Source of the DNA: an uncultured Thermoplasmata archaeon
Lineage (GTDB): Archaea > Thermoplasmatota > Thermoplasmata > Lutacidiplasmatales > UBA184
Assembly (NCBI GenBank): GCA_963735185.1
Contig: CAVTJV010000007.1
Coordinates: 328,161-392,160, forward strand
DNA length: 64,000 nt
Reading direction: 5' to 3'
The position numbers were made by a program, and so were the translations under genes. This document shows positions 55,863 through 64,000 of this stretch, piece by piece; within the stretch, counting starts at the first letter, position 1, and every line of letters begins with the position of its first letter. The notes beneath the pieces are model-generated. The model ran no database searches and was not told the origin of the DNA. It saw nothing but the letters and a program-made list of their open reading frames with translations.

Positions 55863-56293
55863 GAACGGAGCTCCTTGCCGCGCTCGAGGATCCGCTCCAC
55901 GAGGCGTCGGGTCGCAAGGTCGTTGTGCGGGGAGGCGCGGATCCGGACGACCTGGACGGGCACCCCTCGACGCGCGCACTCGCTCTCCACCTCGTGCTCG
56001 TTCCAGACCTGGTCGTGGCCGAGCGCGATGATGTTGGGGCGCTCGGAGAGGACGGTCTCGTAGATGTCGGTCGCCGAGCCGAGCACCGCCCGGTCGACCG
56101 GCTTCAGCGACTCGACCATCTCGCGGCGGATGTGCTCGGGGACGTACGGCTCGCGCTTCAACCGGCGGGCGGTCTGGTCGCGGGCGACGACGACGACGAG
56201 CTCGTCGCCGAGCTTCTTCGCCTCGGTGAGGAAGTAGACGTGCCCGGGGTGCAGGAGGTCGAAGACCCCCGTGGCCATCACGCGGACGACCAT
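55859..56293 (-). CDS. ribL: FAD synthetase (FMN adenylyltransferase), archaeal RibL
   Basis: Cytidylyltransferase fold with TGVFDLLHPGHVYFL. 144 aa. It overlaps the ribB 3' end by 16 nt. Confidence 0.8.
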   Translation of the reverse strand: MVVRVMATGVFDLLHPGHVYFLTEAKKLGDELVVVVARDQTARRLKREPYVPEHIRREMVESLKPVDRAVLGSATDIYETVLSERPNIIALGHDQVWNEHEVESECARRGVPVQVVRIRASPHNDLATRRLVERILERGKELRS

Positions 56294-57006
56294 CTCCGCC
56301 ACGCCTCGGTGATCGTGCGGCCTTCGAGGAACTCGAACCCGTGGTCCTCGGCGTACCGACGGGCGGCGTCGGGGGCCCGGGCGCCGCCCGAGTCTCCGAG
56401 CATCTCGCAAACGGTCGCGGACTCCGAGAGTCCTCCCATTCGAGCGAGCGAGATGGCGAGCTCCGTATGGCCCTTTCGCTCGCCGAGGAGCCCGGGGGCG
56501 GCATAGAGGAGCGAGATGTGGCCGGGGGAGACGAAGGAGGTCCGGAACATCTCGCGGAGCGCGTCGTCCGAGCGGTCGGACGCGGCCCGGGCGATCTCCC
56601 CGACGGCACGGATCGTGAGCGCGCGGTCGTTGTCGGGGACCCCGGTGAACGTCGTGCGGTGGTTCACGGTGATGCCGAACGCCGAGCGGCGGTCGTAGCG
56701 CGGGCGCTCGACAAGGCCGGCGACGCCGGGGTACTCGTCCTGGGCGATCGCCAGAAGGTCGGAGAAGAACGGCAGGTCGAGCCGCGCCCTCAGCTCGTCC
56801 GAGATGGCGGTGCAGATGAGCCCTCCCGCGTCCTTGCGGGCGAGCCGGACGAGTTCGGGCGTCGCGGTCTCGGAGAGGAAGATCAGGTCCGTCTCGCCCT
56901 CCCGGTCCGGGCCGTCGAACACGAGGATCGGCTCGCCGGCGGCGAGCGCACGGAGCGCCGGCTGCACCTCGAGAGCGACCTCGCGCTGAGAGGGTAGCAA
57001 GAGCAT
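56278..57006 (-). CDS. ribB: 3,4-dihydroxy-2-butanone 4-phosphate synthase
   Basis: ILVFDGPDREGETDLIF, GLICTA and SPGHISLL. ATG 57006 was chosen because the longer ORF runs into the 16S 3' end. Confidence 0.85.
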   Translation of the reverse strand: MLLLPSQREVALEVQPALRALAAGEPILVFDGPDREGETDLIFLSETATPELVRLARKDAGGLICTAISDELRARLDLPFFSDLLAIAQDEYPGVAGLVERPRYDRRSAFGITVNHRTTFTGVPDNDRALTIRAVGEIARAASDRSDDALREMFRTSFVSPGHISLLYAAPGLLGERKGHTELAISLARMGGLSESATVCEMLGDSGGARAPDAARRYAEDHGFEFLEGRTITEAWRRWSSA

Positions 57007-57028
57007 CGAGGGGACGACCCGGACGGGG

Positions 57029-57037
57029 GTATTAAGG
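57029..57037 (-). promoter_or_regulatory. TATA box of the riboflavin operon
   Basis: Minus strand reads CCTTAATAC. Its centre is 27 nt upstream of ATG 57006. Confidence 0.5.
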
Positions 57038-57052
57038 GGAGCGTAACTACTC

Positions 57053-57058
57053 AAAAAA
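57053..57058 (-). terminator. oligo-T (T6) tract about 100 nt downstream of the 16S 3' end
   Basis: Minus strand reads CCCTTTTTTGAG. Archaeal RNA polymerase terminates at oligo-T runs. Confidence 0.45.
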
Positions 57059-57154
57059 GGGTTGATGGCCCAGGGGCGAGGAAACGGTGCGGAAACGTCA
57101 GACAGCACATCGGACCCGACCTCTTCAGCGAGCTCCTCGAAAGGAGGCGCTGTT

Positions 57155-58621
<1,467 letters not shown>

Positions 58622-58928
58622 TTTGAGCACACGATTTCGCGTGTGCGGGAATACTTGTGGTCGGAAACCGATCTTTGCTGACTGGCGGAATTGCTCTTTA
58701 CGTTAGATGAGCTATTTCGCGTACGTTTCTCGTACTTGTCTCCCCCGTCAGTCCCGAGAGGTCACTCCCCGTCTCCAGGGAGGGGTTCTCAGGGCTCCAC
58801 GCCCCCATTGGGCCATCTGTGGCGTCGCCTTGGAGGAGCACGGATCACGGGGTCCCCGGCTCGCCGTGGCGGCGTCGCCATGCTCACTTCCGAAGAAGCG
58901 AGCGCAGCCGTAGAACGAAGGGGGTCCG

Positions 58929-58937
58929 GTATTTAAC
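58929..58937 (-). promoter_or_regulatory. candidate TATA box for the 16S rRNA transcript
   Basis: Minus strand reads GTTAAATAC and overlaps the HAD stop codon. A UUCG-tetraloop hairpin (58881-58902) lies just downstream in the presumed leader. Confidence 0.3.
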
Positions 58938-59664
58938 GGGCGCCACCGGCCGCCCCTCCTCCCCTATGGGCCTCGCCGTCTTCGATACGGCGCACGACGA
59001 GCGGGACTTCGAGGAGCGACGTGATCTCGGGAGGGTCCAGTCCGAACCCGAACCCCTCCCGGTTGAGCCAGACCCCGTGCATCCCCGCGGCCGCCGCGGC
59101 CTTCGCGTCGGTCCGGGCGAGGTTGCCGACGTAGACCGCTTCCGCGGCGGGGACGTTCATCCGCGCCAGGGCCCGGCGGAAGATGTCCGGGTTCGGCTTC
59201 TCGACCCCCTCGGTCCCGGAGGAGACGATGCGCGAGAAGTAGTCGAGGATCCCCACGCGCTCGAGGATGCGGCGCACGGCCTCCTCGCTCCTCGAGTTCG
59301 AGACCACTCCGAGAGCGCGTCGTTGCGCGCGCAGGATGTCGAGGCACCGGCGCGTGTCGGAGTAGAGCCGCACCGGGAGCTCGGTCTCATGGACGGCCGC
59401 TTGGAACTTCAGGGTCGTGGCCTCGTCCACCTCCTTCCCGCTGGCGCGCGACAGCGTGCGCCGCCAGAACTCGGCGAGCGCGGCCTCTCCGCTCCCGCTC
59501 GGGGGCCGGACGTCCATCTCCTCTTCGACCTCCAGGAACGCGTGCCGAAGCTCGTCCGCGTCGAAGTCGAGGAAGAACCGCCGGGCGAGGTCGGTCCACC
59601 CGTCGAAGTCCTTGTGGTCGATCAGCGTGCCGCCGAGGTCGAACAGCACGGCGCGGACCCGCAT
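58933..59664 (-). CDS. HAD-superfamily hydrolase
   Basis: Motif I AVLFDLGGTL, motif II VVSNS, motif IV-like YVGN. Confidence 0.8.
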   Translation of the reverse strand: MRVRAVLFDLGGTLIDHKDFDGWTDLARRFFLDFDADELRHAFLEVEEEMDVRPPSGSGEAALAEFWRRTLSRASGKEVDEATTLKFQAAVHETELPVRLYSDTRRCLDILRAQRRALGVVSNSRSEEAVRRILERVGILDYFSRIVSSGTEGVEKPNPDIFRRALARMNVPAAEAVYVGNLARTDAKAAAAAGMHGVWLNREGFGFGLDPPEITSLLEVPLVVRRIEDGEAHRGGGAAGGAR

Positions 59665-59747
59665 CGGTCGTCCCTCCGTGGGCGCCCAACGGGGTCCGTA
59701 TCTTAGCCTTCACGGCCCCGCCGCGGGGCGGGCACGCCCCCGGCCGG

Positions 59748-60173
59748 CTACGCGACGCTCACCGACTGGACGTCGGTGTGGCGGAGGAGGATCGCGCGGG
59801 CGACCTTGAGGTTCTTTCCGGCCTTGCCGATCGCGCGCGCCTTCCACGCCGGGTCGACCGTGACCGTCACGTGGCGGCCCTTTCCCTTCGGGGAGAACTC
59901 CGCCTTCTTCGGAGAGTACCAGTAGAAGATGTTCATCACGAGCTTCTCGGGGTCGTCCGAGAACTCGACGACCTGGATCTCCTTCTTCAGCATCCCCTTC
60001 AGCCGGTCGACCAGGACGCCTCCGGGACCGACCGCCTTGTGGACCTCGCCGGGATAGACGAGGTAGACGAGCTTGTCCTCCGCCTCGAAGCAGTCCTTGA
60101 CGCGCGCGCCGGTCCGCTCCTCGAAGAGCCGAATGTACCCGAGGGTCTCGGTGTCGAACGTGACCTCGGGCAT
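59748..60173 (-). CDS. nusA: transcription elongation/termination factor NusA-like (two KH domains)
   Basis: 141 aa. KH signature GKAGKNLKVARAIL. Conserved position after rpl30e. Confidence 0.85.
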   Translation of the reverse strand: MPEVTFDTETLGYIRLFEERTGARVKDCFEAEDKLVYLVYPGEVHKAVGPGGVLVDRLKGMLKKEIQVVEFSDDPEKLVMNIFYWYSPKKAEFSPKGKGRHVTVTVDPAWKARAIGKAGKNLKVARAILLRHTDVQSVSVA

Positions 60174-60191
60174 CGCAGCGGGCCGCTCGGC

Positions 60192-60479
60192 CTACGTCTC
60201 GAGGGAGAGGATCGCGCTGGAGCCGGGGTCGAGGATCGCCATCGCGCTGATCGGGAACGGTCGCCCGCACGCCTGACCGAGCTCGACCGCGGTGCCCTCG
60301 TAGTGATAGATCGGGACCTTGCCAAGGGCGCGCTCCTTCGTGAGCTTCGCGTCCGGGCAGGTCTTCGCGACGATGAGGAGCCGGGCCTTCTTCGCCTCGG
60401 CGGCGGCGAGGGTCTCGGTGAGCCCGATCTGGACCTTGCCGGTCTCGAGGGCGACCTTGAGGGCGTGCGCGAGGTCCAT
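60192..60479 (-). CDS. rpl30e: 50S ribosomal protein L30e
   Basis: LKVALETGKVQIGLTETLAAAEAKKARLLIVA... 95 aa, between rpoA2 and nusA. Confidence 0.9.
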   Translation of the reverse strand: MDLAHALKVALETGKVQIGLTETLAAAEAKKARLLIVAKTCPDAKLTKERALGKVPIYHYEGTAVELGQACGRPFPISAMAILDPGSSAILSLET

Positions 60480-60484
60480 CTAGC

Positions 60485-61783
60485 TCACGCCTCCCCCTTC
60501 GCTTCCTCGACGGGCTTCGCGACCACGGGCACGTCCCCGACCGGCCGGTAGACCAGGTTGACTGCCCCGGTCCCGAGCGTGATCGGTTGACCGACGATGA
60601 TGTTCTCGGCGACGCCCTTGAGCTCGTCGACTTCGCCGGTGATGGCGGCCTTCAGGAGGTGGGCCGCGGTGATCTCGAACGCCGCCCGGGCGAGCACGCT
60701 CGACTTCTTGCCCGAGATCCCGTGCCGGCCGATCGCGCGGATGTCGCCCTCGTTCGTCATCACGTCCGCGACGAGCATCAGGTGCCGGATGTCGACGCCG
60801 AGACCCTGCTCGGCGAGCGTACGGTTCGCCTCGTGGATGAGCGCGGCGCGGGCCGCCTCGACCCCGTAGACGCGGTAGATCTCGAAGACCGAGTTGGTGG
60901 TCGTCCGGACCCCGTCCACGCCGGGGATCTCGATGACCCCCTCGAGGTTCGACCCCTCGGTGTAGATCACGTACTCGTCCTTCTCCTTGCGGATGAGGGC
61001 GCGCTGGATCCCCTCGACGCCCTTGATCTGGATCCGTTTCGCCTCCTCGCTCGCGATGAGGAGCTTCTTGAACGGCATCTCCTCGACCATCTCCTCGCGG
61101 CGGGACTTCGTCGCCCCGACGGTCGCCTCCTTCAGGTGGACCTCGAACGAACGGGTCTCTCCGCTCCCCGAGCCCGGCTTCACCTCGAACAGGCGGGGGT
61201 CGAGGTTCGCGATGAGCGCCGCCTCGAGCTCCGCGCGCTTCACGCCGCGCGCCTCGAGGAGCGCGGCCTGAGGGGAGACGACGACCTTCAGGTCCTCGAC
61301 GACGGTCCCGATCGACGCGACGTCCGGGACGGTCGTGACCTCGACCTGGAGGGCGATCTTCTGGACCGCCTCGCGGTCGCCGCGGAGCTTCTTCTCGACG
61401 TGCACGGTCATCATCGGCGTCGACGGCACGCGCCGCGCGTCCACGAGCTCGATCAGGCGGGGGAGCCCGAGCGTGACGTTCATCTCGGCGACCCCGGCGT
61501 AGTGGAACGTCCGCAGCGTCATCTGCGTCCCCGGCTCGCCGATCGACTGGGCCGCGACGATCCCCACGGACTCGTGGGCGTCGACGCCCGCCTTGCGGAA
61601 GCGACGCGCGACCTCGCGGACGACCTTGGAGGCGTCCGCGGGCGCGAGACGGAGGCTCTGGAGCTTCGCGCGGAGGTCCTCGACGAGCGACGGCGGGAGC
61701 GGGATCCCGGTCTCGCGACGAGCGGTCTCCTGGATGCGGGTCGAGAGGTCGCGGACCGGGGCCTTCTTCTCTTCGGCCGCCAT
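60485..61783 (-). CDS. rpoA2: DNA-directed RNA polymerase subunit A''
   Basis: [25 protein letters not shown], then ...[12 protein letters not shown]... and [16 protein letters not shown]. Confidence 0.95.
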   Translation of the reverse strand: MAAEEKKAPVRDLSTRIQETARRETGIPLPPSLVEDLRAKLQSLRLAPADASKVVREVARRFRKAGVDAHESVGIVAAQSIGEPGTQMTLRTFHYAGVAEMNVTLGLPRLIELVDARRVPSTPMMTVHVEKKLRGDREAVQKIALQVEVTTVPDVASIGTVVEDLKVVVSPQAALLEARGVKRAELEAALIANLDPRLFEVKPGSGSGETRSFEVHLKEATVGATKSRREEMVEEMPFKKLLIASEEAKRIQIKGVEGIQRALIRKEKDEYVIYTEGSNLEGVIEIPGVDGVRTTTNSVFEIYRVYGVEAARAALIHEANRTLAEQGLGVDIRHLMLVADVMTNEGDIRAIGRHGISGKKSSVLARAAFEITAAHLLKAAITGEVDELKGVAENIIVGQPITLGTGAVNLVYRPVGDVPVVAKPVEEAKGEA

Positions 61784-61789
61784 CGCGCT

Positions 61790-64000
61790 CTACTCCCCTC
61801 CGAACTCGGGGCCCTCTTCGGGCGCTCCGAACTCCTCGGTCTCCTCTTCCTCGGCCTCTTCCTCGAGCTGGGCCTCGGCCTGGAGGTCCATCTCTTCCTC
61901 GGACACGGGTGGGGCTCCGGCTGCGCCGTCGGGGTGTCGCTCCTCGCTCGAGCGCACGCGCCGGCCCAGGACCTGGGCGACGACCTCGTCGAGCGACACC
62001 GGGGCGCCCTGGTAGGAGCGCGTCGGGTCGATGCCGTCCTCGCCGTACTTGTACTCGATGATCGTCTCGGCGGTGTTGCGGACCGTCCCGTCCTCGTTGA
62101 CCTTCAGGTCCTCGAGGGCGTTGATCAGCCGCCGCTGCATGTACCCGGACCGGCTCGTCCGGACCGCGGTGTCGACGAGCGACTCCCGGCCGCCCATCGA
62201 GTGGAAGAAGTACTCCGTCGGGGAGAGCCCGCGCTTGTAGCTCGAGCTCACGAACCCGCGCGCGTCCGCGCCGAGGTCGCCCCGCTCGAAGTGCGGCAGG
62301 GTCCGGTGGACGAACCCGCGCATCAGCCGCTCGCCCCGGACCGATTGCTGTCCGACGGCGCCGGCCATCTGCGTGAGGTTGAGCATCGACCCGCGAGCGC
62401 CCGACTTCGCCAGGATCACGGCGGGGTTCTCGAGACCCAGGTACCGGCCTGCGATGTCCCCGGCGGTGTCCCGCGCCTGGCCGAGCTCGCGCCGCACCAT
62501 CACCTCGAGCGTCTCCTCGAGCGAGCGGCCCGGCATCTGCTCGAGCTCGCCCTTGCGGTACTCCGTGACGAGCTCGTTCACGCGGACGCGCGCGTCCGCG
62601 AGCGCGGTGAGGATCTCCTTGAGCGCCCCTTCGGGCACGTCCTCGTCGTCGATCCCGGTCGAGAGGCCCTTCAGGCCGATCGCTGTGATCGCGAGGCGGC
62701 TCATCTCGTCCAGGAACTGGCGCGCCCGCGGCATCCCGTTGTTGCGCGCGATCGAGTCGAGGACCGCCCCCTTCTCGTAGGCGATCGCCTTCTTGTCGAT
62801 CACCCCGGCCTTCAAGATGCCGTTCTCGATCACGACGTTGGCGTCGTGCTTGCAGGCGAGCGGCGGACAGTCGCACCGTGCCCAGATGTTCGCGCGGAAC
62901 TCGATCGTGAGGTCCTTCGGCAGCGTGAGCGAGAACAGCTGCTTCCCCGTCCAGAACGGCGCGCCGTCCTTGTCCTTGCCCGCGGGCGGCGGGAGCGGGT
63001 AGTTGAGCTTCGAGAGGAGGTACGTCACCTCGCTCTTCGTGAACGTCGGGTTCTGGTACGTGAGCAGGAACGCGGCGGTGATGTGGTCGTGCAGCATCCC
63101 GATGATCGGGCCGCCGTAGCGGGGGGAGAGGATGTGCTCCTCGACCTTCATGAGCACCTTCGCCTCGGCGCGGGCCTCCTGGCTCTGGAGGACGTGCAGG
63201 TTCATCTCGTCGCCATCGAAGTCCGCGTTGTAGGGCGGGCAGTCGCAGAGGTTGAACCGGAACGTCTTGTGGGGGAGGATCCGGACGAAGTGCGCCATCA
63301 TGCTCATCCGGTGCAGGCTCGGCTGCCGGTTGAACAGCACGATGTCGCCGTCGATCAGCTGGCGCTCCACGATCGAGCCGGGGACGACGAGCTCGGCGCA
63401 CGCCTCGGCGTTCTTCTCCATCACCCGGATCCGCTGTCCGTCCTCGCGGACGAGGTAGTTGACCCCGCAGCGGACGTGGCCCTCGGCGTCGGGGGCCGGG
63501 GACGGGCCGCGCCGGACGAGCTCCTTCGCGACCTCCTGGTTGTGCAGCGTGACCTCGAGGGGGACGGTGAGCCCCCGGGCGACCTCGACCGGGATCCCGA
63601 CCTCGTTGATCGAGAGGAGCGGGTCCGGGCTGATGACCGTACGGGCCGAGAAGTTGACGCGCTTTCCCGAGAGGTTCGAACGGAACCGCCCGTCCTTCCC
63701 CTTGAGGCGCTGCGCGAGGGTCTTGAGCGGTCGGCCCGAACGGTGCCGGGCGGGCGGGATGCCGCTCGTCTGGTTGTCGAAGTAGGTCGTGACGTGGTAC
63801 TGGAGGAGCTCCCAGAGGTCCTCGACCACGAGCTGGGGGGCGCCCATGTCACGGTTCTCGCGCAGGCGCTGGTTGATCCGCAGCACGTCGACGAGCTTGT
63901 GCGTGAGGTCGTCCTCGCTGCGCTCCCCGCTCTCGAGGGTGATCGACGGGCGGACCTGGACCGGCGGGACCGGGAGGACGGTGAGGACCATCCACTCCGG
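61790..64000 (-). CDS. rpoA1: DNA-directed RNA polymerase subunit A' (5' end outside window)
   Basis: The frame is open to the window edge. FNRQPSLHRMSMMAH and the catalytic NADFDGDEMN are present. Confidence 0.95.
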   Translation of the reverse strand, partial: PEWMVLTVLPVPPVQVRPSITLESGERSEDDLTHKLVDVLRINQRLRENRDMGAPQLVVEDLWELLQYHVTTYFDNQTSGIPPARHRSGRPLKTLAQRLKGKDGRFRSNLSGKRVNFSARTVISPDPLLSINEVGIPVEVARGLTVPLEVTLHNQEVAKELVRRGPSPAPDAEGHVRCGVNYLVREDGQRIRVMEKNAEACAELVVPGSIVERQLIDGDIVLFNRQPSLHRMSMMAHFVRILPHKTFRFNLCDCPPYNADFDGDEMNLHVLQSQEARAEAKVLMKVEEHILSPRYGGPIIGMLHDHITAAFLLTYQNPTFTKSEVTYLLSKLNYPLPPPAGKDKDGAPFWTGKQLFSLTLPKDLTIEFRANIWARCDCPPLACKHDANVVIENGILKAGVIDKKAIAYEKGAVLDSIARNNGMPRARQFLDEMSRLAITAIGLKGLSTGIDDEDVPEGALKEILTALADARVRVNELVTEYRKGELEQMPGRSLEETLEVMVRRELGQARDTAGDIAGRYLGLENPAVILAKSGARGSMLNLTQMAGAVGQQSVRGERLMRGFVHRTLPHFERGDLGADARGFVSSSYKRGLSPTEYFFHSMGGRESLVDTAVRTSRSGYMQRRLINALEDLKVNEDGTVRNTAETIIEYKYGEDGIDPTRSYQGAPVSLDEVVAQVLGRRVRSSEERHPDGAAGAPPVSEEEMDLQAEAQLEEEAEEEETEEFGAPEEGPEFGGE

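Noticed and set aside
60480-63401. 973-aa minus-strand ORF spanning the rpoA2/rpoA1 junction.
   Set aside because: It is an out-of-frame shadow of the RNA polymerase genes, with extreme Arg/Gly/Pro content. The A' and A'' frames carry the catalytic motifs.

Overview
Very GC-rich (by eye about two-thirds G+C) archaeal chromosome segment. It fits a Thermoplasmatota-type euryarchaeon best. Supporting features are a stand-alone 16S rRNA gene with no adjacent 23S/5S, TFB, RNA polymerase A'/A'', L30e, NusA, uS2, PriL, archaeal PurP/RibL/Pth2/Csl4/AK6 and an intron-containing tRNA-Leu. TATA boxes are centred about 26 nt upstream of many start codons, implying leaderless mRNAs. I call about 60 protein genes, nearly all housekeeping, central metabolism or transport. 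These include a peptide ABC importer with a giant binding protein, a riboflavin operon, methylmalonyl-CoA genes, PheRS, SRP54, DNA ligase and RtcB. I saw no transposase, integrase, phage gene, CRISPR array or recognisable defence/toxin gene. This looks like core genome, and I did not find a convincing new multi-gene system. The most notable observations follow. (1) At least 10-12 conserved, partly essential genes are broken by single-nucleotide indels. Five breaks sit on the same plus-strand pentamer GTAC+C whatever the gene orientation, and most others lie in C/G runs next to CCGG. This suggests motif-specific consensus errors, possibly linked to DNA modification. All frameshifted coordinates below are reconstructions. 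(2) An 844-aa, sequon-rich, repeat-containing surface protein has a cytoplasmic tail that is a textbook C2H2 zinc finger. (3) Bacterial-style hairpin plus pyrimidine-tract terminators occur, two of them sharing a conserved ~31-nt element. (4) A birA/12S/5S/biotin-carrier cluster has the subunit content of a transcarboxylase. (5) Two membrane-anchored S53 (sedolisin) peptidase paralogues are present. (6) A triple 9-mer and hairpin lies upstream of the tfb promoter, next to a TrmB-V4R fusion regulator. Everything rests on reading the translations and sequence by eye; no database search was run.
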